Shown here one piece after another: positions 26,411 through 38,399 of a stretch of 64,000 bases of DNA; positions within the stretch are counted from its first letter, which is position 1; every line of letters starts with the position of its first letter. The stretch is from Callorhinchus milii (Eukaryota). Position numbers and translations under genes: made by a program. The stretch covers positions 72,852,001 through 72,916,000 of the forward strand of contig NW_024704742.1 in NCBI RefSeq assembly GCF_018977255.1, in the 5' to 3' direction. The notes beneath the pieces were generated by a model. It searched no databases, had not been told where the DNA came from, and worked only from the letters and a program-made list of their open reading frames with translations.

Positions 26411-27489
26411 TATCTAGTTCTTGAACTGATCCTAGTCAGCGTACCCAACACAGTGCTGACTTTATATCAACTCTAAAGTACCATAAAACAAGAATTATGA
26501 TAAGCATTATGATATCTAGGTACAACTAAAACATATTTAGAGAAAGGCTAGATTTTTTAAGGGTAAACTGCAGTAAATAATAGTACCAAATATTATTTTT
26601 TGTATTTGATATGGGGCTTTATTACATCAAAACATCTCAAAGCAGTACACAAGAAATTGCTTTCAAGTGTGTAATTGTAGGCAAATGTTGGAGACATGTT
26701 TTGCACAGGTTGCCACAATCATCAAGAGGTAGTGATCTAATATGTTTACCATTTCTTGTTCATCCTTATTTTTATCTTTGGTTATAACTTCCTCTAACTA
26801 CACACTTGCTACAGTATTAATTAGACTAGTGTAATACGTTATGATGTTTAGGGTTTGCACCTGCTACTATGTCCCTTTTCAGTTCTTTCTTTACTCCCTG
26901 ATCTTGACCTACTTTTGTATAATTTTGCATTAGGCCCTATATCAGGGTTATAAATAATAAGAATAATCCTTCCATTTTATATAGCACCTTATCACATCAC
27001 CCAACAACAACAACAACAACAAGATTCCATTTATAAAGCGCCTTTCACGTCAGGAGGACGTCCCATCACCCAGACATCTCAAAGCACTTGATAGGATATA
27101 TGTAAAGTGGATTGACTGTATTTTGTGCGTGAATCGCGGTAGCCACAGCAACAGAATCTGGGTAATGCCAATAGTGATTCTGATACCTAAAGGGTTCCAT
27201 TTTTGTATATGCAACGTGACCATCGTTTTAATCGGAACTAGTTTAAAAAATGTGAAATGTTCATTTCAAATGCTTGTCGGTGTCTGTGTACACACCATGC
27301 CTTCAGCCACCCTCCTACCTCTCCGACCTCCCTCATCCCGACCCACGCTCAATTGTTCAGCGCCTTGGGTCATCCTCCCAACGTGAAATGAGCTTTACAA
27401 ATGTAATTTTGTTGCTGTTGGTGTGTACATACTTAGAACAAATATATTTTTCTACCAAATTATATATCTAAATACTTAAAGTGCTTTAT

Positions 27490-28030
27490 AGTGATTGTCA
27501 AGTGCAGTGACTATTTTTTATAGGTTAAACACTGCAACTATTTTGGACACAGCAAGGACCCACATGAGGCTTTCAGCCATTATGTCTTGAAACTTTGGAA
27601 CTCTCTTGCTCAATCCCTCTGCCTTGCCCTTTCTTTCCCTTTTTTCAGATCACACCTGAAGACTTTCCTCTTCAACTGTGCATTTGTTTACCTCCTCCCT
27701 TCTCCTGGCTCTGCGTCAGGCTCTGCCACTGTGAAGCGCTCCAAGAAAGGCCTCCACGTGAAGGGCGCTATATAAATCCAAGTTGTTGTTGATCAGTTTA
27801 TCTGGAGGATTGTTGGCCAGGACACCCAGAGAAATTCTCTTCTCTTTTGGATAAATGTCAAGGAGTTTTTAATGATTAATTAGCAAGGCAGACCAGACGT
27901 TACTTTAATGTCTCATCTGATTAATAGAACTGTGACAATCAGAACTTCCCCAGCACTACGCTGGTGATGTGGTATCTGAATCTTCTGACCCAGAAGTGAG
28001 TGTGCCACCAATTGAACCAGACTCACCCCA
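27490..28030 (-). mobile_element. SacSINE1-like SINE with a + strand L2 tail inserted (~27565-27790)
   Basis: SINE body ggattgttggccaggacacc..; insert encodes KLWNSL..HLKTFLF and ends in (GTT)n. Confidence 0.65.
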
Positions 28031-28519
28031 GCCAGGTGAGGGATGTCAGTGGTGATAAATGGTAGGTTTTTCCACCTTTGTCATTCACTGTCAGTTTCAA
28101 GCCCTCATACTAGTTCAGGTAGGGATCGAATGCAGAGCAAAGAACTTTGTTCCAACAACATGTATTAACTCACAACTTCAGAAAAACATAGACAGGGGAA
28201 AAATCAGTTTAAAGGGCAAGGGGGGAAAGAATTCTTGAAATATGTAAAGGAGAACTTTCTTGATCAGTATGTTTCCAGCCCAGTGGTGTGATTTGGATTG
28301 AAATGAATCATCAAAGATAAAATTGCATTGCAGAGAAGGGAATTTTTCCCAGTGTCCTCACCAACAATCCCCCAAATAAAATTGGCTATTCACTTCATGG
28401 CTGTTTGTGGGACTTTTCTGTATGCAAATAGGCCACATTTGCCCCCCCAAAAACATAGACACTCCACTTTACAGTATATCCTGTGAAGTGCTTTGGGATG
28501 TCCTGATGTGAAAGGCGTA

Positions 28520-28785
28520 TTTGAATGACTAGTTCTATTTGAGGGATGATGGCCACCGGGAGAAACTCCCTTGTCTTTTTAAATAGTGCCATGGGATCTT
28601 TAACATCCACCTGAATAGGCAAATGGGATCTTGGTTTAATGTTTCATCCAAAGGACGGCGCCTCTAACACCTGCATTACTGCATTGGAGTGTCATCTTAG
28701 ACTATATGAGTTTCAAGACCTGACATGGGGTTTGAATCCACAACTTTCTGCTTCAAAGGTGAGAGTGCTAACAACTGAGTCAACA
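28520..28785 (-). mobile_element. SacSINE1-like SINE, 5' and middle part
   Basis: atagtgccatgggatctttaacatccacctgaa; head agtgctaacaactgag. Confidence 0.75.
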
Positions 28786-28904
28786 ATACAAATAATATAG
28801 TCTAGTGCAATGTAGAACAATCAGTCCTGAGCTGCCGGGGTTTGCAGAACCTTTCCACAGAAGATTGAAAAATATAAAGGTATAAGTATAGGAGCTGATC
28901 CAAA

Positions 28905-29220
28905 TACTAGTCAAATATTGGAATCAAGTCAATCCTCTGTGATGGTCTCAGTAGTCTGGTTCCTGAGACAGACCGGTCCACAGTATTCCAGAGCACTGCT
29001 GATGACAGACCAGTCACATGGCTCATCAGCAAGACTTGGAGGAGCAGACGGATCACTGTCACTGGGAATACTCTTAGCTGGCTTCTGTTAACCCAATAAA
29101 CCAAAACCCTAAAGGGTAGAATGGTCGTAGTTGGATATGGAGCAGGCAGTTTGCCAGCCAATATTCGTAATGGTAAGCTAGGTAGTTTTAATTTTATTAT
29201 AGTAATCTTAAGCGAACTCT
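28905..29220 (+). mobile_element. Element X, internal fragment
   Basis: cagtattccagagcactgctgatgac..gacttgga..ctgttaaccc..accaaaaccct, collinear with ~38930-39185. Confidence 0.7.
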
Positions 29221-29632
29221 TCAATGCAAACCCTCCACGTGTATACTATTAGTATTGTATTCAGGTCTAATGTGGTGCCTTCAGTAATTGTTTATTATAA
29301 AAATGATGGTGTTCTCACTTTCACATTACTATTCCACAGCACCTGTCAGACAGGATTAGGATGGATTATATGTGTAGTAGTGTGTTACTATGATGAAGCG
29401 TCTTTATTAGAAGTTGGCTGTTTATAATTCTTCAGTGCAGTCATGTGTCTGTGTTTACCCCCAGGCAAATTCAGTTGATTAAATAAGGCTTCTGGAGAAA
29501 CTACTCCAATTTGCATAAGAAACAAGATTGTGTTTTTTGTTTTGGCCCAGTTAAGAATATGACTCATTAAAGTAAAATTACTGTACTTCTGAACACCTAA
29601 AGCTGCATAACCTCACCGACTGGTGTATTCGT

Positions 29633-30006
29633 GGAGTCCTGTAGCTCAGTGGTTAGAGCGCTCATTTCACAAGTGAAAGAACTGGGGTTAGATTTCCGGC
29701 AGGGCAAAACGTTGGGCAAGTTTCCTTATTCCACATGCCTATTTTTACTTAGCAGTAAGTAGGAACCCAGTTGTTAGTCAATTGGCGGATCGCTTTTGCA
29801 GGGGTAATAATTCCTTCAAAAATAAATAAAAATAATTTGGTCATTAAATCCACGACTGTTTGTGGGACACTGCTGTGCTCAATTAGCTGCCACGTTTTGC
29901 CCACAAAATGTACAATCAATTCACTTTACAGTATATTCTGTGAAGCGCTTTGAGATGTCTCAAAAATGTGATAAGGTGATATATCAAATGTAAGGATTAT
30001 TATTAT
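29633..30006 (+). mobile_element. Full-length tRNA/CORE-like/Deu SINE, long variant (CAC-type loop)
   Basis: GGAGTCCTGTAGCTCAGTGGTTAGAGC head, ttgggcaagtttcctta..tagcagtaagtaggaacc segment, Deu core, tail. Confidence 0.9.
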
Positions 30007-31509
30007 ATTCTGAAGATGTTTAAGAACAGTGACTATTTGGGCAGTGCAATTATAAAGTGAGGCCACATACAGAAACATACCTAACAAATGTAATGTCATT
30101 CCAATCAGTATAGATTGCCCCTATTTTAATATTTAACCGTTACGGTTCAGTGACCTATTGCAGAATAACAGTTTCAGACAGAAGCAGAGAATGAATCTAT
30201 CCAATCTTCCAATCCTTTGACGCAACTATCTCATTGACTCATAATCCTGAATCTTTTTAATTTCCAGGCATTTATCTCATTCCTTTTTGAAACAATTTTT
30301 AGCTCCTTGTTCCACCATCTGTGTTGGTAATTTGTTCCACTACCTATCACTGTTTTTCTGAAATAAGTTCTCCTGCACTTTGCTAACAACAATAAATTGA
30401 ATTTATGTAGTGCCTTTCATGACAGTGAACAGTTTAAGTTTAAAGAGAAGCATGTGGAATTCTAGCCTCGGGGAACTTAAAGTTATAACCTACAACTTCA
30501 TATGTTCCAAACTTTTACATGTTCCTTTTAAATATAGAAACATTTTACTGATATTTGACCCTTTATAAGATGATGTTGATGCTTGCTATTTTCTGCATTT
30601 TCCCCAGTGTTACATTTAGGAACCAGAATACTCAGACAGGACCAAGGGCCATGGGGTTACAATAAAAATATAAACTTGCTTCTTCCACCCACCCAGAAGT
30701 AACGTATTTTACTACTGCATTCAATTAGACAGCAGGTAGTCTGAAAATAAACTTAATAAGTAGAAATATATTAAACACAGGAGAGATCTGGTGTAGCTAG
30801 TTACAAACAATAACAACTTCCATTCATATAGCACCCTTCACATAGGAAAATGTCATTGAGCATTGTAACCACAGAAACATATTAAAAGTTGTGAATCACT
30901 CAGGATATCCAGTAATGCCCAAGTAAACATAAATTTTCTCGAGTATAAGGTAATGATAAAGAAATTGTGTGCAGCACTTTTTAACGTTGATTAAGGTGCA
31001 TCACAGAATATGGGGAGTGGGGACAATATGAAATTTGTATAAACAATGAAAATTCTGTAGGCCTTTTCTACGTAGAGAAAGAATATTGACCCCACAAGAC
31101 ATCCACCCAATCATATTAAGCACTTGGTAAGGTTTGACTGTTTCACTACTCCCTGATTTCCATACTTTTTTTTGGAAGTTTGATGCCTGAGTTAATTTAC
31201 GAGTCAATTGTATTTGTATTACAGACATGGATATAATTTCATTTACAAATGTCAGACTTGTCAGTAGGGAAAACAATTTTTATTTGTAACATTTCCCTGT
31301 AACTGAAATTGTTATTCTAACGTCGTACACATCAATGTATGTCTTCTCACCTGAAACAATGGCCCTTTCATATCAAGACCTGCTGCCTGATGAAGTGGAC
31401 CATTTTTGCACCAGGAATGAAATGCAGATATTTAATAGATATTCAGGTTTGTTGAACTTTAAGGGCAAATGTGTAAGGAAATTACATATTTTCAATGTCA
31501 GCATTTTAA

Positions 31510-31654
31510 TAATAACAATAACATTTGATGTATCACTTTATCAAATTATCGCAAAGTGCTTCACAATGCAGTGTGTATTTGTAGGTGAACATGCAATCAT
31601 TTTTCGCGCAGTCATGTCCCACAAACTGCCATGAAGTGAATGACAATTTTATTT
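31510..31654 (-). mobile_element. Old Deu-SINE 3' part, host of the nested insertion (continues ~33357-33570)
   Basis: atgtcccacaaactgccatgaagtgaatgacAATTTTATTT resumes as AATTTTATTTgggggattgttg at 33357. Confidence 0.8.
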
Positions 31655-33356
31655 AATTTATTTATTTTTTGGTCAGCCGGGTGTCTGACACATGTGGAAA
31701 CCCATCCCCATGCTTAGGAGTATCCAAACCAGCTGAGAATTCCATGTATCCCATCTACACATGGAAATCCCAGAGATAGATTGTTGGAATGGAATGAGCA
31801 CTCTCTCCCTGGAGGGACACATCCTGCTTACCTGATTCAGGAGAATATTAGGTTCAGGTTAGTAAGAGTCAAGGCTTCGGGACCCCGGAGTGTGCACTGG
31901 GGTAACTGCTGGAGTCTAACCAGCTAAATCCGCATAGCTTGGCATTGATAGAACTTTAAGCTTTCCCACTGCTTGTCCAGCTAAGATCACCCTACAAGTT
32001 AGGGCTTTGGCTTGCAGGGTTAACAGGAACTGAGTGGAAGGGTTCCCTGCCCTTCCAAGTCCTGCCGATAAGCTGTGTTGTCATCAGCAGTGCCCTTGAA
32101 TACTACGTACTCATCTGGCTCAACAACAACCAGATTTCATTTATAGAGCGCCTTTCACGTCGGGAGGACGTCCCAAGGCGCTGGACAGTTGGGTCAGGAC
32201 CCGAGCAGGGGGGAAATGGTCAGGGTGAGGGGAGGGAAGGGAGGGAGCGAGGAGGGGGTAGAGAGTCAAGAGGGGAGCTGAAGGCACAGTCAAAGAGAAA
32301 GGTCTTGAGACCGGCCTTGAAGGAGGAAAGGGAGGAGGCGGCGAAGGCATTGGGGGATGGAGTTCCAGAGCCTCGGGGCTGAGAGGCTGAAGGCCCGGCC
32401 ACCGATGGTAGGGCGGTTGGGGCGGGGGATGTGGAGCAGACTGGAGCCAGAGGAACGGAGGGTACAGGCAAGTAAGTAGGGGGATAGTAGGTCGGAGAAG
32501 TAGGAGGGAGCAAGGCCGTGAATGGCCTTGTAGGTGAGGATGAGGATCTTGAATTCGATCCTCTGGGGGATGGGGAGCCAGTGGAGGCGAGCGAGGGTGG
32601 GAGTGATGTGTTCGCGAAACCTGGTGCGGGACAGTACATGAGCTGCAGAGTTCTGAATGACCTGCAGTGTGGAGGGAGGTGCCGGGAAGGCCGGCGAGGA
32701 GAGAGTTCCCATAGTCCAGCCTTGAGGTGATTAAGGCCTGGACCAGAGTTTCAGCCTCGTGAGGGGTGAGGTAGTGCCGTAGTCTGGCGATGTTCCGGAG
32801 GTGATGGAAGGCGGTGCCAGTTGTGGCGCGGATATGAGGAAGACAGGACAACTCAGGATCGAACAGAACCCCGAGGTTCCTGATGGCTTTGAGAGGTGGA
32901 GAGTGCAGCCTTGGATGCTGATGCTGTCAGCGTCTGAGGTGCGGAGGCGCTGACGTGAGCCAATCAGGAGGGCCTCAGTTTTGCGCACGTTGAGCTGAAG
33001 AAAGTTGTCTCTCGTCCAGGACTCGATGTCGGACAGGCAGGCCATCAGGACATCGGTGGTCGTGGAGTTGAGAGTGCAGGAGGAAAGGTAGAGTTGGGTG
33101 TCATCCGCATACATGTGGAAGTTAACCCCATGTCTGCGGATGATGTCACCACAGGGGGAGCATATAGAGGGTGAAGAGGAGAGGACCGAGGACAGAGCCC
33201 TGAGGGACACCACACAAGACAGTGCGGGGGCTGGAGGAAAAGGCTCACCGGACTAGAGTATGCCACAGACGATTCCGACATTCCATTGCCAGGCATGTCA
33301 CCTTGGAGCTAGTTCAGCTCCAAGGAGACCCCACTTACCTCCCCACTAAGGAGGAT
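31655..33356 (-). mobile_element. Element X, full length (~560 nt plus tail), split by an L2 insertion
   Basis: Body 31671-32122 plus 33248-33356, A-rich tail 31655-31670, 10-bp TSD AATTTTATTT (31645-31654 / 33357-33366). Confidence 0.8.
32123..33241 (-). mobile_element. Young 5'-truncated L2 LINE (~1.1 kb)
   Basis: [43 protein letters not shown]; CpGs retained; 6-bp direct repeat GGCTCA (32117-32122 / 33242-33247). Confidence 0.95.
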
Positions 33357-33954
33357 AATTTTATTTGGGGGATTGTTGAACTCAGACAACGGAGAGACTT
33401 ATTTCTCCTTTCAAATAGTGCTATTGCTATTGGTGTGACTACATTGGAGTGTCAGCTTCAATCATATAGTCGTTCTCTTACTTGTAGTCATAATGAAATG
33501 TTTAACGTCTACCTGAACAGGTAGAAGGTACCTCGGTTTAATGTTTCATCTGAAGGATAGCGCCTCTGGCAATGAATGGTTCTGCCAGCATTAGTATTTG
33601 TTTACTTTTTATCATGGAGTCATAACTGAAATTTTAGAATCAGATTGTAGGTTTCTTGCACTCAGTCGTGAAATACCTCCAGTTCCCAGCAGAAATTCCC
33701 ATTAGAGACACTGAGTTGTTATTAGAAAATCCTGCTGCAAACAATCGCTTTATGATCCTATTATTTGCATGAGATAGGCGGATATAATCGGCATTTATCA
33801 CTTCTGTAACTGAAATTGTTGGCAAGGTTAACGGGGTTCTTCTAATTGCATTAACCTAAAAGATGTTAAACATTTTATCTCTCAGTGAGCGCGAGCTGAT
33901 CAGTAGATCCTTATATTACATAACTGTTTTAAATGTGTTAGCTCCTAGCTTCTA

Positions 33955-33968
33955 GTAACCATGGTAAC
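33955..33968. promoter_or_regulatory. Near-palindromic RFX X-box motif GTAACCATGGTAAC
   Basis: Matches GTNRCC-N-RGYAAC; lies in a repeat-free island with an octamer ATTTGCAT (33763-33770) and a Sox-like AACAAT (33740-33745). Confidence 0.4.
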
Positions 33969-34214
33969 ACAGTGAATTATCTCTGTTAGGCAACAGACTG
34001 TAATGGTCTCTGTAGGAAGGAGATATTGCAAGTTTTGCTAGTTTTCGGGGTTTATAAATCTATCAGTTCCTCTATTTATTTACTTACCATTTATAATAAA
34101 AACTTACATTTCTCCTCTTCAGTCGTGCCTTCGGTCGTCCTTCCACCTCTCTGTCTTCTCTTTATATTTCTTTCGGGCGTACAGACCTGAATCACAAGGT
34201 AGTCAGAACCCAAA

Positions 34215-34500
34215 ACAACAACATCAACTTGCATTTATATAGCACCCATCACACAAGGTAGAATCTCAGAGCGCTTAACAGCGGCAGTGCTTGACACTGA
34301 GCTAGTGGGAGGGAGGAGGTGACCGTAAGTACGGTTGAAGAGGTAGATCTGCAGTCATGATCTCAATATGGGGAAGGAGGGGCAAGGTGAAGGGATTGAG
34401 AGAGAGAGTTCCAAGGTTTCGGGGTGTAGTGGCTGAAAGCACGGCCACCGACAGTCGATCGGAGGGGACGAGGGACAAGCAGGAGGCTGGAGCCAGCTGA
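34215..34500 (-). mobile_element. L2 3' end fragment
   Basis: STVGGRAFSHYTPKPWNSL and terminal motif. Confidence 0.8.
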
Positions 34501-34535
34501 ATGATAATGTCGAAATAACACTGTGTTTAATGTAG

Positions 34536-34860
34536 AATAATAATAATAATAATCCTTGCATTTGATATAGCGCTTTTCACGTCTTCTAGATGTCTCAAAG
34601 CGCTTCACAGAACACATTGTAAAGTGAATTGACTGTATATTTGTGTGCGAACGCGGCAGCCAATTGCGCACAGCAATGTCCCACAAACAGTCGTAGATTG
34701 AAAGTTACCAATTTTTTATTATTGTTTTTGGTTTTGGAGGGATTATTATTAGGCTCTGTGTGGATTAAGGAAATTTGCCCAAGGTTTCGCCCTGCCTGGA
34801 ATTGAACTCAGGTCTCTCGCTTGCAAAGCGAGTGCTCTAACCATTGAGCTACAGGATTCC
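34536..34860 (-). mobile_element. Full-length young tRNA-derived SINE, short variant
   Basis: Reverse-complement match to 20761-21079. Confidence 0.9.
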
Positions 34861-35119
34861 AAATGTCGTGATGTTGGCAAATAAGGCAGTGGAACTGCAT
34901 CAGCGAGATCCCACTAACAATGGGCCTTTGATAGAGCAAATCCTCTCTGATATTCACCTACAAAATGCACAGTTAATACCCTTCCCAGTAAACCCTGTGA
35001 AATGGTTTGATAAGTTCTGCTGATATGAAAGGTGCTATATCAGGTGCAAGGATTATTTTAAGGGATACTGATGGTGAGATTCCTTCTTTAGGCCGTGCTA
35101 ACAATTGGAATCGCTGTTT

Positions 35120-35865
35120 AGCAACAACAACAACAACAAAATTGCATTAGTAAAGCGTCTTTCACATCGAGAGAATTTCACAAGGCACTGAACAGTCAGG
35201 GATCATGACCCGAGCGTGGGGGGCAGGGTTGGAATAAGGTAGGCCAGGTGGTGCGGGAGACCTGGAACAGGCCGGAGCCTGCTGAATGGAGGGAGTGGAC
35301 AGGTTGATAGGGGGTTAGCAAGTCAGAGAGGTAGGAGGGGGCAAGGCCATGGAGGGCCTTGAAAGTTGTCAGTATCCTCTGAGGGATGGGGAGCCAGTGG
35401 AGTCGGGCGAGGGTGGGGGTGATGGGGTCACGGAGCCTGGTGTGGGAGAGGACATGAGCTGCAGAATTCTGGATGACCTGCAGCTTGTGGAGGGAAGAGC
35501 TGGGAAGGCCGACAAGGAAGGAGTTTCCGTAGTTGAGTCTTGAGGTGACGAATGCACGTATGAGGGTTTTGGCAGCTGAGGGGTGAGGCAGGTGGCGGAG
35601 TCGGGCAATGTTGCGGAGGTGAGGGAAGGCAGAACCGGTCACACCCCAGATATGGGGGAAAAAGGACAGTTGAGGGTCAAACAAGACACCCAGGTTTCTG
35701 AATAGCTTGGTGAGGTGGAGTGTGCAAACATGGAGGCTGATGCTGCCAGTGCTTAAGGTACTGAGGCGCTGGCGAGAGCCAATCAGGTGAGACTCAGTCT
35801 TACTGACATTCAGCTGTGGAAAGTTAGCTCTCATCCAGGACTTGATGTCAGTCAGACAGTCTGTC
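35120..35865 (-). mobile_element. L2 fragment
   Basis: ORF 35196-35924 has [50 protein letters not shown]; (GTT)n tail. Confidence 0.92.
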
Positions 35866-36504
35866 AATTGTCCTGGATTTGAAGAGTAAGACTCTCTTTC
35901 TAAGTTATTGGTGCAATTCCCCACTTAATTGATGGCAAGATTCACTTCTTGATAGAATGGTGCAGACACTCCCTCTCCTCTCTTTAACTGGTGCTGATGG
36001 CTAGCTTGATCTGATGACGTCATGACGTGTTGACATTTGCTCTGTTCTCTGACACGCATCTCACATTAGTAAATTTGTAAAAAATCTAATCTTTGAGCTC
36101 GGAATACACCATGATACAGTATATGATAAATTAAAGACGAGGGAACTTTTACAGTGCATGAGTGAGGAGAATAAAATTAGTTTTCCAGTCGTGTAATTGC
36201 TTTACTGGCAAGCGGCAGCAGGTAAAGTTAGCAGAAATAGTTGCCTGTAGCAAACAAACCAGCAGCACAGTCACCTGATTACAGCACAGTGCAGAAAGAA
36301 AACTGCCTGACCAACACCAAGGTTAGGATCACAGGCCCCAAATTCCACCCAATCTTAGCCTGTATTCTGATAATATTAATTATACTAATATTAGCCAATG
36401 AGAGCATTTTGTCATACAATGCACAGAATTATGTAAAATTCTTAAATTGAGTCTTAATTTCTTTTGAAGAATTGCAGAAAACCTGCTTTCAATAATAATA
36501 ATTG

Positions 36505-36891
36505 TGCAGTCCGGTAACTTAGTGGTTAGAACACTTGTCTCACAAGCGAGAGGACCTAGGATTGATTCAGGGGCAAAGCGAAACATTGGGCAGGTTTCTT
36601 TACTCCACACGCCTCGGTTCACCTAGCAGTAAGTAGGAGCCCGGTTGTCAGTCGATTGGCGGTTGCTTTTCCAGGGGTAATAATCCCTTCAATAAAATAA
36701 ATAATCATTTTGTCATTCAATCCACGACTGTTTGTGGGACATTGCTGTGCGCAATTGGCTGCTGCGTTCGCCCACAAATATACAGTCAATTCACTTTACA
36801 GTATGTTCTGTGAAGCGTTTTGGGACGTCCTCCCGACGTGAAAAGCGCTATATCAAATGCAAGGATTATTATTATTATTATTATTATTATT
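36505..36891 (+). mobile_element. tRNA/CORE-like/Deu SINE, long variant
   Basis: Head, cacctagcagtaagtagg segment, Deu core, tail gacgtcctcccgacgtg and long (ATT)n. Confidence 0.88.
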
Positions 36892-37064
36892 AAGCCAGGT
36901 ATACAGGTACTAAAGGCTAAGACTGAAATTGACTACCTCAAAGCATTGTTAATTGCAGAGTTGGTGGGAAGGTTTTCAAAGGAAGCAGACAAGTACTTAG
37001 CGAGAAAGGATATCAGACTGGTTCAAGGTAATAGAACTTTCACCTCTTGGTAGGAAGATTGTCG

Positions 37065-37430
37065 GGACTTTGAACTCAATTAATCTAGGCTGATACTCCA
37101 GTGCAGTGCTGGGGGCATGTTAATTGGTGGAAGTGTTGTCCTTTGAATGAAACACATAACTGAGGTTCCATCTGCCAGTTCAGGTGGACGTCAAAGATCC
37201 CATGGTACTATTTGAAAAAATAAGTAATTTCTCTTGATGTCCTGGCCAATAATCCCCCAGATAAAATTGTCATTCACTTCACTCTTTTTTGTAGGACATG
37301 GTTGTGTACAAATTGGCTGCCTCATTTTGCCTAAAAAATACAGTCACTGACAGATATATCCTGTAAAGTGCTTGAAGACATCCTTCCAAAGTGAACAGGT
37401 GCTATACCAAATGTAAGGATTATTATTATT
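37065..37430 (+). mobile_element. SacSINE1-like Deu-SINE
   Basis: aggctgatactccagtgcagtgctggg..ttcaggtggacgtcaaagatcccatgg, Deu core and tail. Confidence 0.75.
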
Positions 37431-37699
37431 GTAGTTGTTGTCTGGGGCTATGGAGAAGACAGGTAAACTGTACTGAACTACAGATCAGCCATGATCTAAT
37501 GGCAGAGCAAGCTTTACAGGCTGAATGGCCTACCAATGTTCCTATATATGCCTCAACTGGAGTATTGCTGTGGTTCTCAGTTTGCAATGGGAAACAAGTA
37601 GATTATTATTTATATGAGATGTTAAACTAAGGTTTTACATTGTGTTGCATTGTCAGTGATACCATCCTTCTGATGTTAAACTGAGGTCCTGTCTACCTG

Positions 37700-38300
37700 T
37701 GAACCCCTCTACCTCCTCATTCTCTTGGATCTCTCCGCTGCGTTCGACATAGTCGACTACGCCATCCTCCTCTATCACCTCTCCACCTTAGTGGACCACA
37801 CACACATGGTTTGAGTGCTACTTAACAAACCGCCAACAATACAATACATCTCGGCAAATGGTGTTTCCTCCCCCCCCCCCGCCCCACCCAATCACCTGTA
37901 GGTACCCCAAAGCTCCATCCTTGGCCCCCTTCTTTTCCTTATCTATATGCTCCCTCTTGGTGATGTCATCCACAGAAAGGGGGTCAACTTCCACATGTAT
38001 GCAGATAACACCCAAATTTACTTCTCCTTTAGCTGTGACTCCCAGCCCTCTGATGTCGTGACAGCTTGTTTGACGTACATCAAGGCCTGGATTAGGGCAA
38101 ACTTCCTGCAGTTGAATGTTGGCAAGATGGAAGCCATACTCTTTGGCTCCTGTCAACGTCTTCTCTCCTGCAGGTTTGAACTCCTCAATCTCCACAGGCT
38201 CTACCTGACTCACCGAACCCGTGTGCAACTTAGGCATCAGGTTCGATCCCCAGCTTTGCTTTCTACCTCACATCCATTCCCTGACCAGGACCACTTTTTT
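37700..38300 (+). mobile_element. L2 RT fragment
   Basis: LLDLSAAFDIVD (ctcttggatctctccgctgcgttcgac), GVNFHMYADNTQIY, ANFLQLNVGK. Confidence 0.88.
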
Positions 38301-38399
38301 CCACTAGTCGCTCTCTCCATGGCTGTTTGTGGAACACTGCTGTGTGTAACTGGCTGTCACATTACATTTGACAAAATAAACAGTCAAACAACTTTACAG

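Noticed and set aside
28998..29030. CTGATGA in element X as a hammerhead core or C/D box
   Set aside because: No correctly spaced GAAA or stem II; in this copy GCTGATGA is simply one arm of a stem with TCATCAGC.
31671..31710. CTGACACATGTGGAAAC at the end of element X as a hammerhead
   Set aside because: It lacks the GA of CUGAnGA and lies antisense to the inferred transcript.
34108..34186. Minus-strand exon-like segment (cag..gtaagt)
   Set aside because: The sequence resembles an L2 3' remnant (gaccgaaggcacgactgaagagg); the splice signals are probably incidental.
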